Virus record (IMG/VR): IMGVR_UViG_2541047750_000003
Span: 1-52,473 of that record
DNA length: 52,473 nt
Origin: a virus
Taxonomy: Duplodnaviria; Heunggongvirae; Uroviricota; Caudoviricetes
Reading direction: 5' to 3' (one strand)
The notes below the pieces were generated by a model. It saw only the letters and a list, made by a program, of their open reading frames with translations. It was not told the origin of the DNA and searched no databases. Positions 1 through 9,156 of the stretch are shown piece after piece; the first letter of the stretch is position 1, and every line of letters starts with the position of its first letter. The position numbers and the translations under genes are program-made.

Positions 1-231
1 TTATGTGTTATCTTTGGCTGACGTTAAACCAATCCGATCAAAGAACTGCATTACGTCCTGATAGCGGTACATAACGCCACGCCCGGTCCCAAGTACGTCA
101 ACCGGGTCGGGGAACGGAGTTCCGTTCCGTTCCCATTTTTTACGCCATAAGTAAAACGTTCCCCTGCTAATTCCCCCAAGCATCCGGCAGATGGCAGGGC
201 GACTAAGAAGGATTGTCCCGGTTTTATCCAT
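1..231 (-). CDS. AlpA/excisionase-like small DNA-binding protein (76 aa)
   Basis: Complete minus-strand ORF with its stop codon at window positions 1-3; basic segment RGTFYLWRKKWERNGTPFP resembles AlpA/Xis-family prophage regulators; last gene of the minus-strand operon. Confidence 0.45.
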   Translation of the reverse strand: MDKTGTILLSRPAICRMLGGISRGTFYLWRKKWERNGTPFPDPVDVLGTGRGVMYRYQDVMQFFDRIGLTSAKDNT

Positions 232-890
232 TATTTATCCCCCGTGTATTCAACGTGTCCGATACATCCGTCAATAATAGCTTGCGCCATGTTGCGATAA
301 TCGCACGAAAATTCGTTGTCGCGGTTAAAGTTAATCTCTTTCGCCGCATCTTCACCGATAACCTTAGTAGCCAGTGCGAAAGCAATTTCAGCAAGTGCCT
401 TTTCTTTCTGGTCAATGTGAATGCGATAAGAGTATTGTTTCCATGTAATTATCGTTTCCACATCTGATATTAATTTACTGTGAGCGATAGCCCAATTATC
501 ACCGAGATATAAAAACTTGACGACATCAAGAACCGTTCCGCTGGTCATACCTACACAATCAAGCCACACATTAACAGGAGGTTTATCACCTACGGCCCAT
601 TCCGTTTTTTCTGGTTGCGTTTCGCAATCATGCCGCTCATCTTCGATTAATTCATCAATGATCTCACTTTCTTTATTCATGCCGTCATCATCCTTATTAG
701 ATAAATTAGCGTATTTATCAAATTTCCAGCTTGCAGCCATAACCGAATAAGTGCCGCCATCCGCGCGAACACCCAATAAATAGTATGATCCAAAATTATA
801 TTCTGTGCGGCATGTTGTTACCTCAAACGATGGGTAACACTCAGGGTTAGTGCGATGGCTAATCACGCCAATTGCTTTAAGTTTATTCAT
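231..890 (-). CDS. hypothetical protein (219 aa)
   Basis: Long ORF, co-directional with neighbours, start overlaps the downstream gene stop; no motif recognised. Confidence 0.5.
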   Translation of the reverse strand: MNKLKAIGVISHRTNPECYPSFEVTTCRTEYNFGSYYLLGVRADGGTYSVMAASWKFDKYANLSNKDDDGMNKESEIIDELIEDERHDCETQPEKTEWAVGDKPPVNVWLDCVGMTSGTVLDVVKFLYLGDNWAIAHSKLISDVETIITWKQYSYRIHIDQKEKALAEIAFALATKVIGEDAAKEINFNRDNEFSCDYRNMAQAIIDGCIGHVEYTGDK

Positions 891-904
891 TTGCTTATCC
901 TCAA

Positions 905-1066
905 TTACGCCACAGTTACATTGTCAACTTTGATAAAATATTCAGGGTGATTTTCTATTTCGTGCTTAAAGTGCGCGTGACACAATCGCCAATCACGCAC
1001 CTGGTTGTGAAAGTAATAAACGTATTCGCCATCAATCTTATACAAAATGCCTGTAGGTTTAGCCAT
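905..1066 (-). CDS. small hypothetical protein (53 aa)
   Basis: ATG 14 nt downstream of the NinB stop fills the 190-nt gap; peptide MAKPTGILYKIDGEYVYYFHNQ...; weak RBS. Confidence 0.25.
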   Translation of the reverse strand: MAKPTGILYKIDGEYVYYFHNQVRDWRLCHAHFKHEIENHPEYFIKVDNVTVA

Positions 1067-1080
1067 GTAATAACGAGCCA

Positions 1081-1512
1081 TTATTGCCCCCAGCGTTTTA
1101 TGAATTCCTCGTTTAATTTCGTATCACCCGACCATTGAACATCATGTTCAGCACCGAACGAGTAAATTAATTCGATTAGTTCACTGAATTCTGATTTACT
1201 CATTCGACTTGTAGATGTTCCCAATACAACGAAGCCGGATTTATCCAGATTAGGCACGACGCCATATTTTTTAAGCCCGGCGGTGAATACCGCTTTCCAG
1301 TCTTCCGGCGACAGCTTCTTACCGTACCAATTAACCTGATCACTAATGTCGGTTAGCAACGCCCATAGAAGGCTATTTTGGCTTAGCGAGCGGGTTTTCT
1401 CCTGGATGGTAATTATCAGCGGGCTTTTGCTATCAGGCTGGATCTCTCTTATCTGCCTGATAGCGTTTTCTTTTACGGCGTCGTTTACTATTTCAAATCT
1501 AATTTGCCTCAT
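1081..1512 (-). CDS. ninB: NinB/Orf-family recombination protein
   Basis: 143 aa; IITIQEKTRSLSQNSLLWALL and VVPNLDKSGFVVLGTSTSRMSKSEFSELIELI closely match recalled lambda NinB (VVTIQERNRSLDQN...LW, VVPNLAGNGFVVIGQSTSRM). Confidence 0.85.
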   Translation of the reverse strand: MRQIRFEIVNDAVKENAIRQIREIQPDSKSPLIITIQEKTRSLSQNSLLWALLTDISDQVNWYGKKLSPEDWKAVFTAGLKKYGVVPNLDKSGFVVLGTSTSRMSKSEFSELIELIYSFGAEHDVQWSGDTKLNEEFIKRWGQ

Positions 1513-1706
1513 AATACACCGTTACTGTTTTTCCACTGCGCCCGCGCATACATGATCGCCTGCAAAGAAATTAGACGTGAGCTTGTCATGAAAGCGCTTT
1601 TTAAGTATCTCATATCAACCACAACAGGTTTATCAGGATCGTCACCGTGCATGTATTCCGCAATAGTGCTAAAGTCTTCAATGGTTAAATCTAACTCCTT
1701 ATTCAT
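1509..1706 (-). CDS. hypothetical protein (65 aa)
   Basis: ORF with start overlapping NinB (ATGA-type coupling); no motif recognised. Confidence 0.45.
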   Translation of the reverse strand: MNKELDLTIEDFSTIAEYMHGDDPDKPVVVDMRYLKSAFMTSSRLISLQAIMYARAQWKNSNGVL

Positions 1707-1715
1707 GATCGCCCC

Positions 1716-1922
1716 TCACACAATACGCATTGTGTTTCGTAATTCACCGCGCAGCACCCGCAGTGCATCACGCATTGGTACAAAAACCCGGTTAAATTTT
1801 ACGTGTTTATATTTCTGCATCAGTGGCGGTGTATACACCTTTGCGTCGTATACTTCCCACGGATAATAAACGCGCGTATCGTCAACAAACGTTTCAACTG
1901 AATAAAAGATTACCCGTATCAT
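1716..1922 (-). CDS. hypothetical protein (68 aa)
   Basis: ORF in operon context, start overlaps upstream gene stop. Confidence 0.45.
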   Translation of the reverse strand: MIRVIFYSVETFVDDTRVYYPWEVYDAKVYTPPLMQKYKHVKFNRVFVPMRDALRVLRGELRNTMRIV

Positions 1923-2512
1923 AATTCCAACCCCGTTTCACCGTTAAGTTTTTCGACCTCAAATACTGGTTTATCCGGCAGCAGGCCGTTATTTTTCCGG
2001 TATTCATTCAGGCGGCTGTCAAAATCAAACGCGAGATCATTAGCGTGACCGAAGCGCCCAGGTTTAAACAGTGAGTAAAAATTAAGGCCGTGCTTATTGG
2101 TGTCTATGCAAAGCGTTTCATCCAGTACCATTAAACGCAGCGTGCGCGACAGGTAATTCCACGGAATACCAGTTTCCGCGCTAATGTCACGCATACGCTT
2201 TTTAACGCTGTAGTCACTAAATAACGATGCCACACGATCGCGACGTTGTGCATACAAATATTTAATTCGATAGCCAAGCAACCTGCGGCGAGGTCCGAAA
2301 TATGTATATACACGCTCGACAATGCCAGTGTCGATTAAGTGTTTAATTGTCTCAGGCAAACATCCAGCTTCGTCATATTCCGCTGATAATCCTGTTTTCT
2401 GGCGTAACTGGTGCATTGTGTCGATGCCATCAAGTTCAAGGATATTGATAATTTTTGCTTCAAGTTCAATGCTCATTGTTTTTCGCCTCGTTTTAAGCGC
2501 GAAAACAGCCAC
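1919..2512 (-). CDS. hypothetical protein (197 aa)
   Basis: ORF immediately downstream of the helicase gene in the same operon; no motif recognised. Confidence 0.5.
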   Translation of the reverse strand: MAVFALKTRRKTMSIELEAKIINILELDGIDTMHQLRQKTGLSAEYDEAGCLPETIKHLIDTGIVERVYTYFGPRRRLLGYRIKYLYAQRRDRVASLFSDYSVKKRMRDISAETGIPWNYLSRTLRLMVLDETLCIDTNKHGLNFYSLFKPGRFGHANDLAFDFDSRLNEYRKNNGLLPDKPVFEVEKLNGETGLEL

Positions 2513-2555
2513 CAGAAAGCGGTCAACTTTCCGGTAAGCCGTTTGCTCAAGTTAA

Positions 2556-3977
2556 TTAAAAAGATGCGTTGCTCTGGCTGTTTCGTGGGGAGAATCGACT
2601 TGCCGCCGGACGTTGTTGCATTGACTGAATGCAAGCGGACGCCGCGCGGGCCTGGTCGCATGGGATGATGTTGCCGTTATCGTCAAACCGCTGGTAAACA
2701 GTCCCCGTTTTCCCGTGACGGTTTTTTGAAACGATGATCTCCATATATTCGCGGGCAACCGATTGTTCGTTGTAGTAGCCGTCGCGGTAGACCATGATGA
2801 TCCGGTCTGCGTCCTGTTCAAGATTACCGGAATCACGCAGATCAGAATTGTTCGGGCGCTTGTTCGGTCGTTCCTCAACGCGGCGAGATAATTGCGCCAG
2901 TGCCGCCACTGGCACGCGCAACTCTTTCGCCATCATTTTCAATGACCGCGACAATTGCCCTACGGCGAGATCATGACGTTCGGCCTTAGCCAGTTTCATT
3001 AACCCGATATAGTCAATCATCACCATCCCCAGGTTATGATGGTCCTGTTTCATCCGTTCGACGGTGGCGCGTATTTCCTCGACCGTTAACTGCGATGCGT
3101 CAACAATCCACACATCGAGATCGGCAAGGGCACTCATTCCCTGGGCGACGTGCGCCCAACCTTCGTCATCCAGTTTTACCGGATTACGTAGGCAATCCGT
3201 TGATAAGTTCCCAGCGCCAGCGATAGCACGTTCAGTCATCTGATCGAGCGACATTTCAAGCGTGAACAGCAAAACGCCGACCCGCTGACCTTCGCCTCCA
3301 GGGTATGGGCGTTCAGCCGCCGCGCGGGCAATTGCCAACGCCAACGCCGATTTACCAGACCCTGGGCGTCCGGCGATAAGCACCAGATCAGTAGCGTTAA
3401 TGCCGCCTAACATTTCGTCGAGTGGGTCAATCCCTGTTTTGATGTTGTCAGAGTTCACGCCACACTCCATGCGTTTACTTAACACTTCCGTGTATTCCTG
3501 GACCGCATCGCGCAACAGCACCGGGATAATTTGATCTTTTGTTACCTTTAATTTTGAATACCGGGAATCAAAATCTTTCATCGTCTCCCTGACGACTTCA
3601 AGCGTCCCTGTTTCCAGCTTGTAGCGAATGTCTTCCATTAGTTCCAGCATTTGCCGACGCTGGTGTTCTTCCTGTAGTAGTTGCGCATATCCTTTCAGGT
3701 TGGCAGCAGAAGGGCACGATCGTGCCGTTTGCATTAGCGGTACAAAGTTTTCATTGCCAATCTCATCGCCAACCAATAACGCGTCGATAAGATTTCTGTT
3801 TCTGGCTTGCGCCCGGATAACTTCAAACGCACGTTTATAAAGCGGGATCGTGAACACTTCAGGATCAAGTGTGGCGAGAACATCTTGCGCGTTAGGAGTA
3901 AGGCCACCTAACAGTAGCCCGCCGATAACTGACGCTTCACGTTCCTGCCGTAGTGAGTTTATTTGCTCAGTTACCAT
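2556..3977 (-). CDS. DnaB-like replicative DNA helicase
   Basis: 473 aa; Walker A GRPGSGKSALALAIA, DnaB-type N-terminal domain, RecA-like core; GGAGG RBS upstream of the ATG. Confidence 0.85.
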   Translation of the reverse strand: MVTEQINSLRQEREASVIGGLLLGGLTPNAQDVLATLDPEVFTIPLYKRAFEVIRAQARNRNLIDALLVGDEIGNENFVPLMQTARSCPSAANLKGYAQLLQEEHQRRQMLELMEDIRYKLETGTLEVVRETMKDFDSRYSKLKVTKDQIIPVLLRDAVQEYTEVLSKRMECGVNSDNIKTGIDPLDEMLGGINATDLVLIAGRPGSGKSALALAIARAAAERPYPGGEGQRVGVLLFTLEMSLDQMTERAIAGAGNLSTDCLRNPVKLDDEGWAHVAQGMSALADLDVWIVDASQLTVEEIRATVERMKQDHHNLGMVMIDYIGLMKLAKAERHDLAVGQLSRSLKMMAKELRVPVAALAQLSRRVEERPNKRPNNSDLRDSGNLEQDADRIIMVYRDGYYNEQSVAREYMEIIVSKNRHGKTGTVYQRFDDNGNIIPCDQARAASACIQSMQQRPAASRFSPRNSQSNASF

Positions 3978-3995
3978 TATGTTATTGCCTCCGGT

Positions 3996-5114
3996 TTACA
4001 AAATGGAATATTCAGAGTAATAAACAAAGCGCCCAATTTCCCCATGATCCGGGCTGTAAATAATCACCGCTGCCAGACGCCGCGACCGCCAGCCGCCATT
4101 AGTTGAATATGCGTCTTTGCCAGCTAATGTGCCGTGGTGCTCAACTATTCCAAGTGATGTTTCAACAACTGATTGATGGTGCAGATGTCCAGTGTGAGCG
4201 TAAACAGCCACAGACCTCCCGAAATCCTCCCGCCAGTCAGATACGCAAGCCGACAATAAATTTTCCGGCTTTTTGATAGTGTGCCCGTGGTGGTAAGCAA
4301 GGAATGTTTTGCCGTACTGTGTGTGGTGGACGATAGCAGGGGACACATCAACAGTTACGCGCGGTTCATCTTCGTAAAAAGCCGCCAGCGCCGCACGTAG
4401 CCAAATCATGCCAGACTGATCGTGATTGCCTGATAGTACCTGGATTTCAATATCCTTATGATTTAACAACATCTTTCCTACCGCCCGACGTACCGCTCGG
4501 ATCGCTACATAGACAAGTTTTGCATAGCGTGAATCGCAATCCAGTACGTGATTGCTTGATGGCGTAACTGGCAACAGCCCGTCAGTGTGAAGAACATCCC
4601 CACCGAGAAGCAAAACAGCTTTTTCAGACATCGGCGCAGCGCCCACCGCGTAGTCAAAGAATTCATTCAACACGCGTTCAGCGATCCCAGTGTCGTAGCT
4701 CTCGCCGCATTCAGCTTTATGAGCAAGCGCCCCGATATGCAGATCAAATACCGGATAAAGGGCCAGGCTTTTTTGAAAATCAATTTCAGGCACTGGCACG
4801 GCCTCCGCGCGTGGTATTTCTTCCGTGAATGCGTCGCGGGCAGCTTCCATTAGCCTTTCCATTTCATCACGGTCACGGGCAGTTTTAATCCAGCGCATGA
4901 CCGTATTACCAGCCTTATCGACAAGAACAGATTCACCAGTAACGCCAAAACCAGGCGCGCGACGCGTTGATATTAAACCGCGTTTCGCCAGTTTTGCGCC
5001 TAGCCGCTCGACGTTGCGTTTTGACATGCCATATTTTTCAGCGATCTGCTTGTACGTTAAACCGTTGTTATATTCAGCGATCAATTGCTCATCGCTGATT
5101 TTTCTTTGCGACAT
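3996..5114 (-). CDS. HTH domain fused to calcineurin-like metallophosphoesterase (372 aa)
   Basis: N-terminal HTH (LTYKQIAEKYGMSKRNVERL); ordered phosphoesterase motifs DLHIG, GGDVLH, GNHD, GHLHH; GAGGAA RBS; sits where a helicase loader or O/P-type protein would be. Confidence 0.6.
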   Translation of the reverse strand: MSQRKISDEQLIAEYNNGLTYKQIAEKYGMSKRNVERLGAKLAKRGLISTRRAPGFGVTGESVLVDKAGNTVMRWIKTARDRDEMERLMEAARDAFTEEIPRAEAVPVPEIDFQKSLALYPVFDLHIGALAHKAECGESYDTGIAERVLNEFFDYAVGAAPMSEKAVLLLGGDVLHTDGLLPVTPSSNHVLDCDSRYAKLVYVAIRAVRRAVGKMLLNHKDIEIQVLSGNHDQSGMIWLRAALAAFYEDEPRVTVDVSPAIVHHTQYGKTFLAYHHGHTIKKPENLLSACVSDWREDFGRSVAVYAHTGHLHHQSVVETSLGIVEHHGTLAGKDAYSTNGGWRSRRLAAVIIYSPDHGEIGRFVYYSEYSIL

Positions 5115-5147
5115 AATGTTATTTCCTCATGTTTACATTTTGTATAT

Positions 5148-6071
5148 TTATTGACAGCAAACAATCTCTTTATATGTTTCTTCTACCATGTCGAATACTT
5201 CCGGCCTGTAATAAAAAAATTCAGTGCTACCATCAAACTTAACAGGGAAGTTTATTTTATAGTCACTGAAAGCATCGTGCATTTTGCTTTCTATTTCCTG
5301 CATAATCTCAGTAGGCCCATTCCATGTTTTAACTACCTGTAAATCAGTCAGCCTTACACCTGCCTTACGAGCACTTTTAAATACTCTGTTCCTCCTTTCG
5401 TTCTCTTTTACGCTTACACCAATTTTCATTTGTGTAGGCACTTCAAGATCATCAACCATGATGTAAAGTTTTCCGTTGTAGTGTGATAAAAACCCGTATT
5501 TAGCGCATTTCGGGCAACCGCGCCCGCTCTTAATGTCTCTAGGTTTAGCCGACCACTCATGATCACAAACCTTGCAGCGGCATAATACTTTTGTACTGTT
5601 ATTAACTATTTCAACCAGCACTTCAATATCAGGATTAACCTTAGCAATAGCCGATATTTGTTCTTCATGCGATATTTTTTTGCCTTGCGCTCGTTTTAGC
5701 ACCGCACATTTCTGGCAACCGCTCCCGATCTTAAGGCTTTTAGGTGTAGAATACCACTCATGATCACAAACCTTGCAGCGGCATAATACTTTTATTTTGT
5801 CGCCGGTAATTTCCCCAAGCACTTCAATATCAGGATTAACCTTAGCAATAGCCGATATTTGTTCTTCATGCGATAACTTCATATTCCCAGCGCATTTCTG
5901 GCAACCACGTCCATATTTAATATTGCTAGGTGTAGCCGACCATTCATGGTTACAAACTTTGCAGCGACATAATACTTTTGTACTGTTATTAACAATTTCC
6001 CCTAACACTTCAACATCAGGATTAACTTTCGCGATAGCTGCAACTTGTTCTTCATGTGTTAACTTGCGCAT
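5148..6071 (-). CDS. protein with three tandem zinc-ribbon-like repeats and a C-terminal T5orf172/GIY-YIG-like domain (307 aa)
   Basis: Three ~65-aa repeats each with CRCKVC...GCQKCA (C-x-C-x2-C ... C-x2-C); C-terminal KLYIMVDD...KIG...EFFYY segment resembles T5orf172; AAGGAG RBS. Confidence 0.55.
   Translation of the reverse strand: MRKLTHEEQVAAIAKVNPDVEVLGEIVNNSTKVLCRCKVCNHEWSATPSNIKYGRGCQKCAGNMKLSHEEQISAIAKVNPDIEVLGEITGDKIKVLCRCKVCDHEWYSTPKSLKIGSGCQKCAVLKRAQGKKISHEEQISAIAKVNPDIEVLVEIVNNSTKVLCRCKVCDHEWSAKPRDIKSGRGCPKCAKYGFLSHYNGKLYIMVDDLEVPTQMKIGVSVKENERRNRVFKSARKAGVRLTDLQVVKTWNGPTEIMQEIESKMHDAFSDYKINFPVKFDGSTEFFYYRPEVFDMVEETYKEIVCCQ
5480..6070. repeat. three ~195-bp tandem direct repeats inside the CDS
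   Basis: Long near-identical blocks, e.g. cacttcaatatcaggattaaccttagcaatagccgatatttgttcttcatgcgata at ~5619 and ~5820, with a diverged third copy ~5940-6060. Confidence 0.7.
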
Positions 6072-6210
6072 CGCTCCAACTCCTTAAGAACATCATGCGC
6101 GCTACAACGCAAAAACCCACCGCGACACCCGTTTGCACAGGTTGCAGTGTCTTATTGCGTCAGAGACGCCATCAGGTGGCTAATTTTCGATTTACAGAAT
6201 GGTAGGTAGG

Positions 6211-6312
6211 TTATGGATTGATTAGCAGGTACAGACCGCCGAACAAGGCGACGTTAACAGCGATTGCCGCAGCGATGGCAAAAGCCAGGGCGAAAACGTG
6301 TTTACCGTCCAT
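6211..6312 (-). CDS. small hydrophobic protein (33 aa)
   Basis: MDGKHVFALAFAIAAAIAVNVALFGGLYLLINP with GAGAGG RBS, in the otherwise ORF-free 375-nt gap. Confidence 0.25.
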   Translation of the reverse strand: MDGKHVFALAFAIAAAIAVNVALFGGLYLLINP

Positions 6313-6445
6313 TTTAAAATCCTCTCTGTAACGCTCTATAACGAGCTAATCGCAAAAAGGTAAGCAAGTGTAGCACCACATGCGATTTAGCTCGCTGGTG
6401 AGGTTGTTTTGTGGGTAATTTTGGATTTTTGCGGATCGTGATTGG

Positions 6446-7498
6446 TCAAAGAACGCCAGCGCGCGTATCACGTAGCGTTTTTGGTTTAAGCAGGAAATCA
6501 AGTGTCGCGGTGAAGCCATCGCCGAAGTAAAAATCTGAAGCCGTGTTTTTGAACGTTTCGAAGTAGGCGACAAAGCCGTTAATGCTTTTGTCTTTCAGGT
6601 AGTCAGTGAACGCATAGATCTTGCGTTCAAGATCCCGATCCAGTTCGGCAGGTGGTAACAGGCCGTCAAACGTGCTGTTAAATGCTTCCACCACGTCGGC
6701 AGCGTTTACAGTGGCTGACAGTTTGCGCCATTGTTCAGCATCAGTCAGATACCCATCAAATTTAGTTACCCGGCAAATGTTGATAGGCTTAGGTACTCCA
6801 CCACGGCTACGCCATTGGGTTAAAGCCCACTCAATTACTAACGTGATCTCATTCTCCGTATACGCTTTACGTGTTTTTGTTTCTGTCAGTAGTTCTACGA
6901 ATGGCTTAGCATCACGACATTTGCATCCTGCCTTGTCGTTGTAGAAGGCAAGGCAACGCAATGCCGCTTCGTTTACGCCATCCTGATTGACCATTTTTTG
7001 TTCATTTTCGACAATACACGAAGTGTATATATCTTTTTCTCTTTCTTTTTCTACTTCTAATTCTAATTCATGACCCTTTCCTGACCCGGTCATGACCCTA
7101 TCATGACCTTTTTGTGTTGGATTGATTAACTTTTCTAATTTTAATTGCTCCTTCGCTGTGTTTATGGCGGCCCTGTAAGCGCTTTTAGAAGTCATTGATT
7201 GGTCCAGCCTTTTCAATAACTTTAAACAAGTTATGTGGCCTTGAGAACATTCAAACAAACCAATTTCGATGAAGTATTTCATCATTTCTTCTATACGTTT
7301 TTCAGTAGATCCGACGTTTCGAGCAATGATTCTCGCGTCATGTCGTAGGTCAAAAGTCAGATTGTGCTGATCTACGTCATAAGTTATTAGTTCGAGGCAA
7401 TACCAATAAAGCCCGTACCCTTCCAGGCCATAATCTAACAAAACGTTTTGAAGTTTTTCATCGCGGTTCGCATCGCTGTCATGCTTAAACCACTTCAT
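6446..7498 (-). CDS. replication initiator / replisome-organizer-like protein (350 aa)
   Basis: N-terminus MKWFKHDSDANRDEKL and C-terminal FYFGDGF...LLKPKTL region resemble conserved phage replication-protein termini as recalled; GGAGGG RBS; first large gene of the replication operon. Confidence 0.5.
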   Translation of the reverse strand: MKWFKHDSDANRDEKLQNVLLDYGLEGYGLYWYCLELITYDVDQHNLTFDLRHDARIIARNVGSTEKRIEEMMKYFIEIGLFECSQGHITCLKLLKRLDQSMTSKSAYRAAINTAKEQLKLEKLINPTQKGHDRVMTGSGKGHELELEVEKEREKDIYTSCIVENEQKMVNQDGVNEAALRCLAFYNDKAGCKCRDAKPFVELLTETKTRKAYTENEITLVIEWALTQWRSRGGVPKPINICRVTKFDGYLTDAEQWRKLSATVNAADVVEAFNSTFDGLLPPAELDRDLERKIYAFTDYLKDKSINGFVAYFETFKNTASDFYFGDGFTATLDFLLKPKTLRDTRAGVL

Positions 7499-7501
7499 AG
7501 A

Positions 7502-7759
7502 TCATCCCTCCGGCAACATCACTACATAGACATCACTGAATGCATCAAGACGACAAACAAATCCTTTATCCATTAACGCGGCGAAGGCATCATGTACCGT
7601 ATGAACAGGAAGTTCACACATTGCGGCTACTTCTTTGCGTGATGCATCATGTACCCGTCCTTTGTTATCTGCCTTTTCAGCCAGAGCCATTAAGACAAGT
7701 TTTTGAATCGGGCTATTAAGTTTTACGTTCCATGCTTTACTAATCATGTTTATACTCAT
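7502..7759 (-). CDS. Cro-position HTH DNA-binding protein (85 aa)
   Basis: Start refined to the ATG after the AGGAG RBS (track ORF 7502..7837); divergent from cI; KLVLMALAEKADNKG...HDASRKEVAAMCELPVHTV looks like a winged HTH. Confidence 0.5.
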   Translation of the reverse strand: MSINMISKAWNVKLNSPIQKLVLMALAEKADNKGRVHDASRKEVAAMCELPVHTVHDAFAALMDKGFVCRLDAFSDVYVVMLPEG

Positions 7760-8064
7760 CGCATTTTCTCCTATGGTTAGAGTGAACGCGCGGGCGGGCA
7801 TCCCATTAGCATTAGATAGCAGTGACTGACCGCTCAACAGATCCCGCCGTTGCGTGATATTTGTTTTTCGCTTCGCAGCGACACCGGATTTTTAAAGAGC
7901 ATAAGGTAAGTGCCTTTTTGTGCCTTCCGTTATCTTTTTCCTTGCGTCTTTGCAAGTATGGCCTTACCTTGTCTGCAAGTTTACAAAATGGAATTTTAAA
8001 ATCAAGGCTTAAAATACACGTTTTGTGACTTGCATCAAACTTTTTGAGGTTATAGGGTAGCGAC
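7760..8064. promoter_or_regulatory. divergent immunity control region between cI and the minus-strand early operon
   Basis: 305-nt gap between divergent genes; contains TTTACAAAATGGA (7980-7992) and inverted AAGGTAAG/CTTACCTT arms; promoters and operators not resolved. Confidence 0.45.
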
Positions 8065-8712
8065 ATGAAAACAAAATGGTATGACTTAGCAAAGCAGCTC
8101 ATGCGGGCGCAGGGCATGAGCCAGGATTCGCTCGCGGATCGTATGGGGATAACTAAAGGCGGCCTGTCACACTGGCTGAACGGTCGCCGAGAGCCAAATC
8201 TTGAAGATATTGCGCGGATTATGCGCGAGCTTGGTCGTCGGCAGTTTACTGTTACACATGATGGCATGGTCATTGATGATTCTGTTTCTAATACACTTCA
8301 GGCCGTGCCGCCGCGTGATTTAGGTAGTTACCCGGTTATTGACTGGAAGGACACAGTAAACAATATGGATGACGCAAGGCGTTCAGCATTACGACACGTT
8401 ACGACTAGCGTTATTTGTTCAGATGACAGTTACTGGCTGGTTGCCAAAGGTGAATCAATGAACGCGCCGCAGGGGTTGAGCATCCCGGCGGGGACGATGA
8501 TACTTGTGGACCCGCACGCGCCAGCTATTGACGGCAAACTGGTTATAGCCCAGCTTGAGGAAGGGCAGATACCGACGTTTAAACAGTTGATTATTGATGG
8601 AGGTCAAAGGCTTTTACGTTCGCTCAATCCGCTGTATCCGCCAATCCCTATGAATCCAGAATCAAAAATTATAGGCGTGGTGGTTGATGCGAAGATCGTA
8701 AACCTGCCATAA
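8065..8712 (+). CDS. cI: cI-type repressor (HTH plus LexA-like S24 peptidase domain)
   Basis: 215 aa; N-terminal HTH (QDSLADRMGITKGGLSHWLNGRR); C-terminal autocleavage domain with Ser in LVAKGESMNAP and Lys in PTFKQL. Confidence 0.85.
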   Translation: MKTKWYDLAKQLMRAQGMSQDSLADRMGITKGGLSHWLNGRREPNLEDIARIMRELGRRQFTVTHDGMVIDDSVSNTLQAVPPRDLGSYPVIDWKDTVNNMDDARRSALRHVTTSVICSDDSYWLVAKGESMNAPQGLSIPAGTMILVDPHAPAIDGKLVIAQLEEGQIPTFKQLIIDGGQRLLRSLNPLYPPIPMNPESKIIGVVVDAKIVNLP

Positions 8713-8717
8713 ACATT

Positions 8718-8742
8718 AGCCGCCGAATGGCGGCTTTTCTTT
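8718..8742 (+). terminator. intrinsic terminator after cI
   Basis: Hairpin agccgcc-gaat-ggcggct followed by TTTTCTTT. Confidence 0.45.
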
Positions 8743-8835
8743 GCCTGGAAAACACCAAAACGTAAACAGAAAACGTTATTTATTATTTAAATATCAATGG
8801 CATATAAAATATTTTAAAAAAGTATACAAAATGGA

Positions 8836-8864
8836 TTGACTCGATGTTTTACGGGGCGTATATT
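8836..8864 (+). promoter_or_regulatory. sigma70-like promoter (pL-equivalent)
   Basis: TTGACT, 17-nt spacer, TATATT; TACAAAATGGA motif abuts the -35. Confidence 0.5.
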
Positions 8865-9118
8865 GCGAGTCAAAGGAAGGGCGCAGGTAACAAAAGCAAC
8901 TTCCTGGCACTTTAAAAATCAGGCTTAACACCTTGTCAACCGTGGAGTAACTCCCCGATGGGGGACCGAAAGCGGCACTGATAACAAGGCGCATGGGGTG
9001 TTTAAAGCGTTACATCCCCCACGAAACCGCACGCAAGGCGACGAGTCAGCTTGCTTGGAGTGAGCAAGGTCACGCCGGGAACGGCGATGATTGCGGGATT
9101 AGTTGAAAGATGTTAAGC

Positions 9119-9156
9119 CGCTCATTAACAATCTGGTCAGCCGCTGGAAGTGCGGC
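9119..9156 (+). promoter_or_regulatory. candidate nutL (boxA-like plus boxB-like hairpin)
   Basis: CGCTCATTA (8/9 to boxA CGCTCTTTA) then 12 nt then hairpin GCCGC-TGGAAGT-GCGGC, 56 nt upstream of the N-like gene. Confidence 0.35.

Noticed and set aside
5480-6070. Possible CRISPR-like or intergenic repeat array
   Set aside because: The ~195-bp repeats are in frame within one CDS and encode repeated zinc-ribbon modules; no short repeat-spacer architecture
7812-8273. 153-aa minus-strand ORF overlapping the cI gene
   Set aside because: Antisense to a well-supported repressor gene with clear domain motifs; Arg/Ser-rich low-complexity translation; no RBS
8870-9110. Possible tRNA or small ORF in the leader
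   Set aside because: No T-loop (GGTTCGA-like) or cloverleaf by eye; the only ATG-initiated frame (~36 codons from ~8993) lacks an RBS; treated as structured leader
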